The position numbers and the translations under genes are program-made. Positions 44,859-55,479 of a stretch of DNA of 64,000 nt are shown piece after piece (position 1 is the stretch's first letter; every line of letters begins with the position of its first letter). The notes under the pieces are model-generated. The model did no database searches, had not been told where the DNA came from, and worked only from the letters and a program-made list of their open reading frames with translations. The DNA lies in assembly GCA_949299395.1 (NCBI GenBank), contig CASGAB010000002.1, positions 23,734-87,733 of the forward strand. Reading direction: 5' to 3'. Source of the stretch: an uncultured bacterium. Its GTDB lineage: Bacteria > Bacillota_I > Bacilli_A > RFN20 > CAG-826.

Positions 44859-46785
44859 CGTTTTTATTAACAATTTGATCTTCGTATTGATCGATTTGTT
44901 CACCAATATTTAATTCTTTGAATTGGTTAGTATAAAGTTTATTATAGTAACCCTTCTTTTCCATTAAAGTTTTATGGTTTCCATCTTCAACAACAACACC
45001 ATCTTTCATAACTAAAATACGATCAGCATCAACGATTGTAGATAAACGGTGAGCAATAATTAATGAAGTTCTTCCGACTAACATTTTATTTATTGCACCT
45101 TGGATTTCGTGTTCTGTTTCAGTATCAATAGAAGAAGTTGCTTCATCTAAAATTAAGATTTTAGGATCTCTAACGATTGCTCTAGCAAAAGAAATAAGTT
45201 GTTTTTGACCTTGAGATAATTCGTTTCCACCATCTTTAAGATAAGTGTTATATCCGTCTTTTAAACTCATAATAAAATTATGAATGTCAAGATCTTTACA
45301 GACTTTAATGATTTCTTCATCAGTAGCATCAAGTTTTCCATAACGAATGTTATCGTTAATAGTTCCTTTAAATATAAATGGAGTTTGTTGAACAAATCCA
45401 ATATTACTTCTTAACCAGCCAACACTACGATCTTTATAATCGACATCATCAATTAAAACTCTTCCTTTTGAAGGTTCATAGAATCTACAAAGAAGGTTTA
45501 CGGTCGTAGATTTTCCACTTCCGGTTTCTCCAACGATAGCTAAAGAAGTTCCTTTTTCGATATGTAAATTTAAATCATGAATAACTTCGATTCCTTCATT
45601 ATAAGAAAAAGAAACGTGATCAAATTTAATATCACCATTTAATTCTTCGAAATTTTCTTTTTTGTTATTAAAGATTGAACCATATTTTTCGATAACTTCA
45701 GGAGTATCAACAAGAGTTGGTTTGGTATCGATTAACATAAATAGTTTTTCAACACTTGCTTGAGTTCCCATTAAATCAGCAAAGATTTCAGCAAATTGTC
45801 TAATTGGATTATAAATATGGGCAACGAAGTTAATAAATAAAACAAGCATTGCTGCATTAACGACTTTTTCGCCATCAATTTCAAACATTGGAGCAACTAA
45901 AACAATTAATGCAGTTGTAATATAACTTAAAAAATCAACACAAGGCCAGAAGAAGCCGCTAGTTCTTTGAGTTTTAAGTCTTTTCTTTCTAACATCATCA
46001 GTAATTTCTTGGCATTCTTCCTTAATTGTTTCTTCAATAGCCATCGTTTTAATAGTTTTATTACCATTAATTGATTCAGCAAGCCATCCAACAAAATATG
46101 AATAAGCACTACGAGCGATTCTACTATAATTTAAAATTAATCTTTCAAAAATCATAACAACAACGAAGATTAATGGAGTTGTTGCTAAAATAACTAATGA
46201 AAGTTGCCACGATTGAGTAAACATTGTGACTAGTGTAAAGATAAGTGAGAAGGTAATTTGGAAAATTCTTAAAACAGAATAAGATAAAACTTCGCCAATT
46301 GAAGCGGCATCGTTATTTAATCTAGCAATAAGCCAGCCAGATGGAGTTTTATCAAAATATGAGAATGATAATTCTTGAATTCTTTTAAATGCATCTCTTC
46401 TTAATGAAATCATAATCTCCATTTCAACGTAGTTCATTGAGAAGAATAAACCAAACATCGCTACAGATCTTAAAACAACTAAAACAACTGATAAAATAAG
46501 ATAATCTCTAAACGTAATATCAAAAGGTATACCTAAAATATTAAATTTTAAGATAACTTCCCAAATATTTGCCCCAAGTAATACGCCGTTTTCTTCAAAA
46601 GCATTGATTAAAGCAGCATTAGCAACTGGGATAAATGAAGAGTCATAGAAAGCTTGGAAAAGCATACAGAAAAGTAAGATTATGATAACTGGCCATAATC
46701 TTTTGACATACTTCCCTGTTTTAAACCAAATAGAGAAGTTAAGCTTATTTGAAACTACACTTTCTTCTACGTATGCGCTTGCCAT
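44848..46785 (-). CDS. ABC exporter subunit (TMD-NBD)
   Basis: GETGSGKST, LSQGQKQ, LDEATSS, IAHRLST. Confidence 0.92.
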   Translation of the reverse strand: MASAYVEESVVSNKLNFSIWFKTGKYVKRLWPVIIILLFCMLFQAFYDSSFIPVANAALINAFEENGVLLGANIWEVILKFNILGIPFDITFRDYLILSVVLVVLRSVAMFGLFFSMNYVEMEIMISLRRDAFKRIQELSFSYFDKTPSGWLIARLNNDAASIGEVLSYSVLRIFQITFSLIFTLVTMFTQSWQLSLVILATTPLIFVVVMIFERLILNYSRIARSAYSYFVGWLAESINGNKTIKTMAIEETIKEECQEITDDVRKKRLKTQRTSGFFWPCVDFLSYITTALIVLVAPMFEIDGEKVVNAAMLVLFINFVAHIYNPIRQFAEIFADLMGTQASVEKLFMLIDTKPTLVDTPEVIEKYGSIFNNKKENFEELNGDIKFDHVSFSYNEGIEVIHDLNLHIEKGTSLAIVGETGSGKSTTVNLLCRFYEPSKGRVLIDDVDYKDRSVGWLRSNIGFVQQTPFIFKGTINDNIRYGKLDATDEEIIKVCKDLDIHNFIMSLKDGYNTYLKDGGNELSQGQKQLISFARAIVRDPKILILDEATSSIDTETEHEIQGAINKMLVGRTSLIIAHRLSTIVDADRILVMKDGVVVEDGNHKTLMEKKGYYNKLYTNQFKELNIGEQIDQYEDQIVNKNVNI

Positions 46786-46788
46786 TTT

Positions 46789-48597
46789 TTACTCCATCTT
46801 TGTTTGAATCTTATAGATTCTTGAATATAATCCTTCTTTATTAACTAAATCATCATGTTTACCCATTGCTTCGATTTTTCCATTATTTAAAACGATGATT
46901 AAATCGGCATCTTTCGCAGTTGCAATTCTATGAGTAATGATAAAAGTAGTGGACTTTGTATCACGATTTTTTAAAGCTTGTCTAATGTTATAATCGGTTT
47001 CTGTATCAACAGCACTTAAAGAGTCATCGAAAATTAAAACTGGACTACCTAAAATTAAACTTCTAGCGATGGCAACTCTTTGTTTTTGCCCACCACTTAA
47101 AGTGGTTCCTCTTTCTCCAACCGGAGTGTCATAACCAAATTGGAATTTATTGATTGAATCATGAATTTGAGATATTTTTGTAGCTTTTTTAATATCTTCT
47201 TCACTAACATCCTTATTTCCAATTGTTAAATTATCTTTAACAGTTTTAGAGAATAAGAATGGTTCTTGTAAAATTAAAGCAATATGTTTTCTTAACCATG
47301 ATTTTTCAATTTTTTGTATATTTAAACCATCGATAATAATTTCACCACTTTGATAGTCATATAATCTATTTAATAAATAAGCTAAAGTAGATTTTCCACT
47401 TCCAGTTTTGCCCATAATTGCAATTGTTTCTCCAGCATTAACTTTAAAAGAGATATTTTCAATTGCGTGTTTTGTTGGTTCATCAGAGAAAGCAAAAGAA
47501 ACATTTTTAAATTCAATATTTCCTTTAATTTCTGGTTTTTCACCAGTATATATATCTTCATTTGGTGAATCTAATAAAATATTAATTCTTTCAACAGCTG
47601 CAAAAGCTCTAGCGACATTAGAAAGAATGGTAGCTAAATCTCTAATTGGCCAAACGATTGTATCAGCATAAGTAAATGCGATAACCATCGTACCAACAGT
47701 AATTCCGGCTGGATTTAATGGCTCGGTTGCATGAATATAACAAAGATAAAAACCAAAAACGGTTGTTAATAAGATTTGACCAAAAATGAAAATATCACTT
47801 GAAGAGAAGAAGAAAGCACTCATTTTTCTCCAATGAATGAATTTTTTCTTATAATCATCAATATAATTTTCAAAGTCGTTAATTTCATAAGCCTCATTAT
47901 TAAAAGCTTTAACAACTCTAACTGCAGAAAGATTTTCTTCAACTTTAGCAGTCATCTCGCCTTCACTATCATCGGTTTTACGATATCTTTTTCTAACTTC
48001 TTTTATTAAAAAGAAAGAATAGACGAACATAAAAGGCATTAAAGCTAAAGTGACTAAAGTAATCCAAACATTAGTAATAAAAAGAATAATAACAGCGATA
48101 AGGACAATAAAAACTGAATAGAAGATTGAGTACATGTGATCGGTTAAAAATCTTCTAAAAACATCTTCATCACGAGTACAGGTTTGTAAAATATCGCCGT
48201 TTTTCATACCTTTAATTTGAGAATAAGGAAGTCTTTCAACCTTATAAAAAACAGCGTCTTGAAGTTGTTTACCCATTTGAGTAGAGGTTTTAGCTCTATA
48301 AACGAATCTGAAAGCAGCCATACCACCACTTAATAGAGCAAAAATTATTAAAATTATTGAGAAGACCCAGATGTTTTCGGTTAATAATTCATATCCACCA
48401 AAACAATTGAAAAAAGCTTTTTCTAAAAAGTCCATCGCTTCATAAGGCTCTTTATTAATCGCGTCAATTAAAGCTTTTGTTGTATATGTTCCAAGCATAT
48501 AAAACATAAGCGAAATAAAAAGAAGGACAAAGTAGAAATAGTATCTAAATCTTACGCCTTTAAGCATGATATTTTTAGCCTTAGTTATCTTACTCAT
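46789..48597 (-). CDS. ABC exporter subunit (TMD-NBD), heterodimer partner
   Basis: GKTGSGKST, LSGGQKQR, FDDSLSAVD, ITHR. Confidence 0.92.
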   Translation of the reverse strand: MSKITKAKNIMLKGVRFRYYFYFVLLFISLMFYMLGTYTTKALIDAINKEPYEAMDFLEKAFFNCFGGYELLTENIWVFSIILIIFALLSGGMAAFRFVYRAKTSTQMGKQLQDAVFYKVERLPYSQIKGMKNGDILQTCTRDEDVFRRFLTDHMYSIFYSVFIVLIAVIILFITNVWITLVTLALMPFMFVYSFFLIKEVRKRYRKTDDSEGEMTAKVEENLSAVRVVKAFNNEAYEINDFENYIDDYKKKFIHWRKMSAFFFSSSDIFIFGQILLTTVFGFYLCYIHATEPLNPAGITVGTMVIAFTYADTIVWPIRDLATILSNVARAFAAVERINILLDSPNEDIYTGEKPEIKGNIEFKNVSFAFSDEPTKHAIENISFKVNAGETIAIMGKTGSGKSTLAYLLNRLYDYQSGEIIIDGLNIQKIEKSWLRKHIALILQEPFLFSKTVKDNLTIGNKDVSEEDIKKATKISQIHDSINKFQFGYDTPVGERGTTLSGGQKQRVAIARSLILGSPVLIFDDSLSAVDTETDYNIRQALKNRDTKSTTFIITHRIATAKDADLIIVLNNGKIEAMGKHDDLVNKEGLYSRIYKIQTKME

Positions 48598-48641
48598 AGT
48601 CGCTATTATATACCAATTTTAAAGAAATAACATAATAAAAT

Positions 48642-50108
48642 ATGTTATACTTTTTGTGTATGCAAGAAATTGAAAAAGTAGTCAACGATAAGCAAGAAAA
48701 TAGTGAAATAAAAGAAGATGTTTCTAGTGAAGAAAATAAAGAAAACGTTTCTGAAACTAGCGAAAATAAAAACGAGAAAATAAAAGATGAAGCCGAAGAA
48801 AAAAAGGCTAAAAAGAAAAATAAATGGAAATATTTCGTCTATTTACTCGTTGTTTTAATTATCACTGGATTTGTTTTATGGCTTAACTTAGCTTCGCCAG
48901 TTCAAGGAGAAGAGGGAAAATTAGTTTATGAAATGATTCCTTATTTTATTGGCGAAATGAATTATGGTTTTTTAACTTTATTTTTAGCCGTTGTTTTCTT
49001 TATATTTGTTTTAAATGCATTTATGATGTTTTTATATGCAAGACTTTATCAAAGACATTATAAATATCATCAGTCTTTAGCTGCTCAAGCAATTGATAAT
49101 TTCTATAGTTCAATTACTCCTGGAGCATATGGTGGAGAAATAGCGAAGGTTTATATTTTTAATAAACAAGGCGTTGCTCTTTCTAATGCTGCATCTTTAA
49201 TGGTTATGAATTTTATTGTTTATCAATCTTGTTTAATTTTCATTGGTTTAGTTTCTTTATGTGTGAATTTTACCGCTATTTTAGAAATTCCAGCATTCCC
49301 AATTTCAATTACAATTAATGGTCAACCTTTACCTGATATTCCTTTTTATATCTTCATTATTTTAGGTTTTGTTTTAAATCTTTTAACAATGGGATTTATT
49401 ATTTTGATGTCTTCATCAAGAGCAATTCATAACTTTGTTTTAAATACATTAATGAATTTTTTAGCAAAGTTAAGATTAATTAAAAATGTCGAAGAAAAAA
49501 GAGAATCAGTTAGATTACAAATTGAAAATTATCGAATTGAGTTAAGAAGACTTCGTTCAAATATTCCATTTACTGCAATGATGTTTATTTTAACTTTAGT
49601 TTCAATTGGTGTTTCAAATCTTTATCCTTTATTAAGTGGATTAACTTTAAACGGATTTGAAGGAATGGCTGATGTTAACTATTTTAAAAAAGTAGTTGAT
49701 TGTATTTCTTTTTCAAATTTCCATCAAATGGTTACTGGTTTAATTCCTATTCCTGGAACTGCAGGGATTTCAGAATACGTTTTTGATAGACTTTTTGGTG
49801 CTAATTCTTCATTTTTCTCAGAAAGTTTCTATAATTTAGGGGGTGCTAACCTTGTTTTACTTTTATGGAGAATGGTTACCTTCTATTTACAATTCTTAGT
49901 TTGTGGAATTGTTAGTGCAACTTATAAAACTAGAGGTGTTCCTCTTGAAGATAGACTCGTTCCAGTTCCAAATAGAAAGACTGCTTTAACTCTGCAAATT
50001 GAAACAATTGATGAAAGAAAACTTGATTTAATTGAAACTCAAAAAGAAAGAGAAAATAAGAAAAAGCAAGCATATAGAAAGAAAAAAGATGATCGAATTA
50101 ATAAGTAA
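48642..50108 (+). CDS. Lysylphosphatidylglycerol-synthase TM domain (UPF0104/flippase-like) protein
   Basis: ITPGAYGG, IPIPGTAGISE, LLWRMVTFY; multiple TM helices; acidic N-terminal tail. Confidence 0.8.
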   Translation: MLYFLCMQEIEKVVNDKQENSEIKEDVSSEENKENVSETSENKNEKIKDEAEEKKAKKKNKWKYFVYLLVVLIITGFVLWLNLASPVQGEEGKLVYEMIPYFIGEMNYGFLTLFLAVVFFIFVLNAFMMFLYARLYQRHYKYHQSLAAQAIDNFYSSITPGAYGGEIAKVYIFNKQGVALSNAASLMVMNFIVYQSCLIFIGLVSLCVNFTAILEIPAFPISITINGQPLPDIPFYIFIILGFVLNLLTMGFIILMSSSRAIHNFVLNTLMNFLAKLRLIKNVEEKRESVRLQIENYRIELRRLRSNIPFTAMMFILTLVSIGVSNLYPLLSGLTLNGFEGMADVNYFKKVVDCISFSNFHQMVTGLIPIPGTAGISEYVFDRLFGANSSFFSESFYNLGGANLVLLLWRMVTFYLQFLVCGIVSATYKTRGVPLEDRLVPVPNRKTALTLQIETIDERKLDLIETQKERENKKKQAYRKKKDDRINK

Positions 50109-50114
50109 AAAAAT

Positions 50115-51287
50115 ATGAATATTGCGATATTTTCCGATACATTTTATCCAGAAGTTAATGGAGTTGCTACCTCAGTCAACTCTCTTTTTACTTTATTAAA
50201 TCAACGTGGGCATAACTGTTATGTGATTACAACTACATCTTCAAAATATGTTACGTATAAAGATAAAGTTATTGGAATTCCAGGTATTGAATTAAAACAA
50301 TTATATGGATATAGAGCCGCTTTTATTTATAATAGTGATGCTTTTAAACTTATAAAATCACTTAATCTTGATATTGTTCACGTTAATACTGAATTTGGTA
50401 TTGGACAATTTGGTTTTATTGTTGCTAAAAAGTTAAATATTGCTTCCGTTTATACTTATCATACGATGTATGAAGATTATACATATTACGCAACAAAAGG
50501 TTATTTTGATCGTTTTTCTAAATGGGCAATTAGAGAATTTGCTAGAGCTTGTATGACTAGAGCTAGTGAAATTATTTCCCCAAGTGAAAAAACCGAAGTT
50601 TATCTTAGAAGTATTGGCTTAGAAAAAATGATAAATATCGTTCCTACTGGTTTTGATTTTTCCAAATTCGAAGTTACAAATAAAGAAGAGGTCGAAGAAT
50701 TAAAAATAAAATATGGATTAAATAATTACGATAAAATCCTTCTTTGTTTAGGAAGAATCGCCCAAGAAAAGAGTTTTGATGTTATTATTAATGGATATAA
50801 AGGTTATTTAGATAAATATGGAGATTCTAAATTTAAAACTATTTTAATATTTGTTGGAGCTGGTCCTGATGAACAAGCTTTAATTAAACTAACTAAAGAA
50901 TTAAAAATTGATGATCACGTCATGTTTTTAGGTAAAGTTAATTTAGAAAAAGTTCCTTTATATTATGCGATGGCTGATTTATTTTTAAATGCTTCAATCA
51001 GCGAAACTCAAGGCTTAACATTTATGGAATCAATGGCTGCACATATTCCAATTTTATGCCGTTATGATAACAATTTGGTTGATGTTATCACTAATAAAGT
51101 TACTGGTTTCTTCTTTGAAGATGTTTATGATTTTAAAGATAAACTTGATGAAGTTTTATCAATGAAAAAAGAAGATTTAAATGAAGTAACAATTAAAGCA
51201 TATGACTCAATTGAAAAATTCTCAGATAACACTTTTTATAAAAATATAATGGAGGTATATAAGCGTGCAATTAGGAAAAACTGGTAA
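50115..51287 (+). CDS. GT4 glycosyltransferase, diacylglycerol glucosyltransferase-like
   Basis: FSDTFYPEVNGVATS, HVNTEFG.G, TYHTMYEDY, SETQGLTFMESMA. Confidence 0.85.
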   Translation: MNIAIFSDTFYPEVNGVATSVNSLFTLLNQRGHNCYVITTTSSKYVTYKDKVIGIPGIELKQLYGYRAAFIYNSDAFKLIKSLNLDIVHVNTEFGIGQFGFIVAKKLNIASVYTYHTMYEDYTYYATKGYFDRFSKWAIREFARACMTRASEIISPSEKTEVYLRSIGLEKMINIVPTGFDFSKFEVTNKEEVEELKIKYGLNNYDKILLCLGRIAQEKSFDVIINGYKGYLDKYGDSKFKTILIFVGAGPDEQALIKLTKELKIDDHVMFLGKVNLEKVPLYYAMADLFLNASISETQGLTFMESMAAHIPILCRYDNNLVDVITNKVTGFFFEDVYDFKDKLDEVLSMKKEDLNEVTIKAYDSIEKFSDNTFYKNIMEVYKRAIRKNW

Positions 51288-52101
51288 TGAATATATAAAA
51301 GTTACAAAAATTAAAGTAAAAGATACCAAAATTTATATTGAATACGAAGAAGAAGGTAAGAGCGAAAAGGTAAAAATTTCTTATCAAACTTATGAAGATC
51401 ACTTCATTAAGGAAGGCGATATTTTAAAAGAGGATTTTTTAGAAATATTAAAAGAAGATAAGAAAAACGATATTAAAAAATATATTTCTCAGCTTTTAAT
51501 TAAAAAACCTTATTCTAAAAAAGATTTAACCGCTAAAGCTTTAGATAAGTTTAAAAATGATGGAGTTTTAGTTCATTTTGTAATTAGAGATTTAGAAAAA
51601 AGCAAAATCATCGATGATCACGAATATGTTTTAACATATATGGAATATTTTACTTCCTCTTTATATGGTCAATATTATGTTACAAACTTTTTTAGAGAAA
51701 AAGAAATTGCTTCTGAAATTATTGAATCGCTTGAGTTTAATGATGAAGAAGAACTTAAAAAAGCAAAAAAATATTTTGAATTGATTAAAAATAAATATGT
51801 TTCAGGGAATTTTGCAAAACAAAAAAAGAAAATTTCTGAAACAATGCTTAAAAGAGGCTTCGATGTCGAAATTATCAACGAAGTTTTAAAATCGTTACAT
51901 ATTAATAAGGATATAGAACTTAAAAAATTAACTAAAGAATACTTAAAAATTAAAGAAAAAGTATTAAAAAATAGTGAAAAAGAAGACAAATCTTATCAAA
52001 AAGAAAAGGTTATTTCTTATTTAGTTTCTAAAGGTTATAAATTTGAAGAGATTGAAGAATTAATTGCTAAAGACACGAAAGGAGAGTTAAACGATGATTA
52101 A
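51265..52101 (+). CDS. recX: RecX-family regulatory protein
   Basis: Three-helix repeats: IDDHEY, KISETMLKRGF, KVISYLVSKGY; GTG start preceded by GGAGG. Confidence 0.7.
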   Translation: MQLGKTGNEYIKVTKIKVKDTKIYIEYEEEGKSEKVKISYQTYEDHFIKEGDILKEDFLEILKEDKKNDIKKYISQLLIKKPYSKKDLTAKALDKFKNDGVLVHFVIRDLEKSKIIDDHEYVLTYMEYFTSSLYGQYYVTNFFREKEIASEIIESLEFNDEEELKKAKKYFELIKNKYVSGNFAKQKKKISETMLKRGFDVEIINEVLKSLHINKDIELKKLTKEYLKIKEKVLKNSEKEDKSYQKEKVISYLVSKGYKFEEIEELIAKDTKGELNDD

Positions 52102-53032
52102 AGATTTTTTAGATGGAAGCAGTGCAAGCGGATTTTATATCGTCAAAAGTTGTCAAAAAGGCGTAACTACTCAAGGTTTAACTTACTTAACAATCGTTCT
52201 TCAAGATGCTAGTGGAACAATTGAAGCTAAAAAACGGCAAGTAAGAGAAGATGATTTAATTACTTTCACACCAGGAAATGTAGTTTATGTTGATGGTGAA
52301 GTTATTGAATATAAAGATAAATTACAAGTTAAAATCTTTGAAGGAAACGAAGTTAATAAAGAACATGCTGATTTTGATGCATTAATTCCTGCTTCAAAAA
52401 TAGATAAAGATATTTTAATTAACAAATTAAAAGGCTTTATTTCTTCTATCGAAAATGAAAAATATAGAAAAATTGTCAATGATATTATCACTCTTTATAA
52501 AGATAAATTCCTAACTTATCCAGCAGCAACCACAAATCATCATGATTTTTTAAGTGGATTATTAGAACATACCGTTTCAATGTGTGAACTTGCTAGAATG
52601 GTTGCAGCTCATTATGAATCAGTTAATTATGATTTATTAATTAGCGGCTGCTTACTCCATGATATCGGAAAATGTGAGGAATTAAGCGGTGTTATTGCTA
52701 CTTCATATACTAAAGAAGGAACTTTAGTAGGTCATTTAGTTATTGGAGCAATTTTAGTTGATGAAGCTGCAAAAAGATTAAAAATAGAAGGAGAAGAAGT
52801 TACTCTTTTAAAACATTTAATCGTTTCTCATCATGGAAAAATGGAATTTGGCTCTCCAGTTGTTCCATTAACTCGAGAAGCATTAATTTTATCCTTAATA
52901 GATGATATGGACGCTAAAATGATGGCTATTGATAAAGCATTTAAAGATGTTGAACCAGGTGAATTCTCTCAACGTATCTTCCCTCTTGAAAATAGAGCAT
53001 TTTATAAATTAAAAAGCGAAAAAGATAAATAA
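52094..53032 (+). CDS. yhaM: 3'-5' exoribonuclease YhaM (OB + HD domains)
   Basis: LQDASGTIEAK, PAATTNHH, GLLEHT, LLHDIGK, GHLV.G, SHHG, EA.ILS.ID. Confidence 0.92.
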   Translation: MIKDFLDGSSASGFYIVKSCQKGVTTQGLTYLTIVLQDASGTIEAKKRQVREDDLITFTPGNVVYVDGEVIEYKDKLQVKIFEGNEVNKEHADFDALIPASKIDKDILINKLKGFISSIENEKYRKIVNDIITLYKDKFLTYPAATTNHHDFLSGLLEHTVSMCELARMVAAHYESVNYDLLISGCLLHDIGKCEELSGVIATSYTKEGTLVGHLVIGAILVDEAAKRLKIEGEEVTLLKHLIVSHHGKMEFGSPVVPLTREALILSLIDDMDAKMMAIDKAFKDVEPGEFSQRIFPLENRAFYKLKSEKDK

Positions 53033-53050
53033 TTATTAAAAAATAAACAA

Positions 53051-53106
53051 AATAAAAAGTCTATTATTTATCGAGAATTATCGATGTTTATAGACTTTTT
53101 TATTTT
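53051..53106. terminator. Bidirectional terminator between convergent yhaM and hit
   Basis: AATAAAAAGTCTAT...ATAGACTTTTTTATT. Confidence 0.7.
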
Positions 53107-53108
53107 AT

Positions 53109-53528
53109 TTATAATCGATCTTTAAATTTTTCTAAGACGCTTGGAAGATTAATGTCTCTTTTTGGATTATGTTCAATTTTTAAGCCATCAGCACTATCAT
53201 AACGAGGGACAACATGAACATGGAAATGAGGAACAAGTTGACCAGCTGCTGGATAACAATTCGAAATAATATTAACTCCTTTTGCACCTAAAACTTCCAT
53301 ATCGATTTGACCAATTCTTTGAGCAACATTCATTACTTGATTCATGATATGTTTTGGAGTTGATAAAAATGAATCATAATGTCTTTTAGGAACAACTAAA
53401 GCATGTCCATAAGTTAAAGGAGCAGTATCTAAAAAGGCTACAACTTCATCGTCTTCATATATTTTTGATGAAGGAATGACGCCATCAACAATTTTACAAA
53501 ATACACAATTTGGATCAAATTCTTTCAT
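53109..53528 (-). CDS. hit: HIT-family nucleotide hydrolase
   Basis: CVFCKI, GHALVVPKRH, GQLVPHFHVHVVPR. Confidence 0.93.
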   Translation of the reverse strand: MKEFDPNCVFCKIVDGVIPSSKIYEDDEVVAFLDTAPLTYGHALVVPKRHYDSFLSTPKHIMNQVMNVAQRIGQIDMEVLGAKGVNIISNCYPAAGQLVPHFHVHVVPRYDSADGLKIEHNPKRDINLPSVLEKFKDRL

Positions 53529-53661
53529 ATTTTATTTTTAATATCCTTTCTTTATTTATATATAAATATTTTAATACGAATTAGGTGAAAATTAAGTAAG
53601 AAAAATAAAAACTTGCCTACATTTTTGCAGACAAGTTTATTTTAAATTTTAGTTAGATTTA

Positions 53662-55464
53662 TTATTCAAATAAATCTGGGAATTCACTTTCGAAATATTC
53701 TTTAACATCTTCATCATAGTAATTGATGTTAGATTGTTCAAGATAATATAAAAGTGCGTTATTTGTATAAGTTGTACCGCTAGCAACAGTATAACCGATT
53801 TCTCTAGCATAGTTTTCAACTGATTCTTTTTCTTCAGCAGTAGCATCGCTACTTAAAGCTAAAGTATCTAATGAAACTTGATCAACAATTTCAACGATAT
53901 AATATTTATCTTCATTGTTCCATAAGATGGAATCGACATCACTTGTATAAGTGTTGTTTTTTAAGAAGACTGGGCCACCGACTTGGAATTGTTTAACATA
54001 ATATCCATCGACGGTGTAATTAATATCTGGAGATGTTGCTCTTTCAAATTCAGTAGCAAGACCATATGAGAAAAGGTTAGTAATCATTTCAGTTCCACCT
54101 AAATCAAATGAAGAAGAAGTTCCCCAATCATTTGTTACATATTTAGATGTTGATAAGTTTTCAACTTGAATATCAAATCCTTCTTGTGGTTCATATGGAG
54201 TACCATCAATTGTTGTAAATGATGTATATAATGTTGAATCGTTTGAAGTAGGATTATTTGATAATTCAGAGTAGTTTTTAACGATATCACCATAAAGCGA
54301 TCCATTATAATAAGGTAAATCTTCACCTTTTCTACCATCAATATATGAATAGAATCCACTATTGATTTTTGTTGATTCAGTTCCATAAGTAGCAGTTGCT
54401 AATTCTTTAGCAGCGCTATCTTCTTTTAAGACTTCTGGATCAGCTTCCCAAGCATTGATTAATGTTGAGAAATCAACATCTCTATCTTTAACATTTCTTA
54501 AAGTTGTGTTGATGTAGTTCCTCATTAATGGTTGAGCCATTTTCATTGTTGTATCTGTAACACTAATGAAATTAAGTTTTCTAGCTTGAGTTCTACCAAT
54601 TGATTGATATTGTCTTTCAAAAATATAAGATTCAGTTAATAAATTTGAAAGAATATCTGGGATTAATGCAACGTTAATATAATCAACGTAGTGATAAAGG
54701 TGTAATAATTGAGTTTCACCTTCAATGATAGCTTTATAATCTTTTGCAGGATTATATTCTCTAGTAACTAATTTACCAGTTGTAAAGCCAGCATTTCTAA
54801 TATCAACGTTATCTGGTGCAGCAATTTCATCTTCTGGATTTTTATATGTTGGTTCCATATAAAGAATTTCAGGAGCAACGCTTGTACCATCTTCTGCATA
54901 GACTGTATATAACATTTCATAAACGTGTCTCGCATATAAAGATTCATAGAAGCGGTTATTGTTCATATAAGTAACAACAACAGCTTGATTATATAAAGTT
55001 TTAACAATTTCTTTTTGAACGAGTTCAATATAAGCTTCAAGTCTTGCTTTATAATCGCTTACATTAGCTTCACTTGGTTCTTCTTCATAAGTAACAGATG
55101 TAGAAGTAGATTCCCAGTTCCAATAGAATTTGTGAGCTTTGACAAATTCCATAATGGATGAATTGCTATTTAAATCTAAACCATCGATATAGACTTTACC
55201 GTCTTTATCAACTTTATAATCACCAACATATGCTTTAGCGATTGATTCGCTTAACATATCTTTAATGCTTGAAGCATAGTTATCGCCGTTTTTAATTGAA
55301 TCGAAAATTTGTTTAATTTCGTTATTTTCAACTTCAACAGCAGCGCCATCTTTATTAACAACGATTGGATCGTCTGGATTTTTTAATTCAGCACTAACTT
55401 TAGAACAACCAGTGACTAATAAAGCTGCTGATAAAAGTAATAATGCGGTTTTTGCTTTTTTCAT
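53662..55464 (-). CDS. Large lipoprotein, possibly a highly diverged PrsA/SurA-like foldase
   Basis: Lipobox LLVTGC; no clear catalytic motif; tandem with a parvulin-bearing lipoprotein. Confidence 0.55.
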   Translation of the reverse strand: MKKAKTALLLLSAALLVTGCSKVSAELKNPDDPIVVNKDGAAVEVENNEIKQIFDSIKNGDNYASSIKDMLSESIAKAYVGDYKVDKDGKVYIDGLDLNSNSSIMEFVKAHKFYWNWESTSTSVTYEEEPSEANVSDYKARLEAYIELVQKEIVKTLYNQAVVVTYMNNNRFYESLYARHVYEMLYTVYAEDGTSVAPEILYMEPTYKNPEDEIAAPDNVDIRNAGFTTGKLVTREYNPAKDYKAIIEGETQLLHLYHYVDYINVALIPDILSNLLTESYIFERQYQSIGRTQARKLNFISVTDTTMKMAQPLMRNYINTTLRNVKDRDVDFSTLINAWEADPEVLKEDSAAKELATATYGTESTKINSGFYSYIDGRKGEDLPYYNGSLYGDIVKNYSELSNNPTSNDSTLYTSFTTIDGTPYEPQEGFDIQVENLSTSKYVTNDWGTSSSFDLGGTEMITNLFSYGLATEFERATSPDINYTVDGYYVKQFQVGGPVFLKNNTYTSDVDSILWNNEDKYYIVEIVDQVSLDTLALSSDATAEEKESVENYAREIGYTVASGTTYTNNALLYYLEQSNINYYDEDVKEYFESEFPDLFE

Positions 55465-55479
55465 ATACTTTATTTCCTC

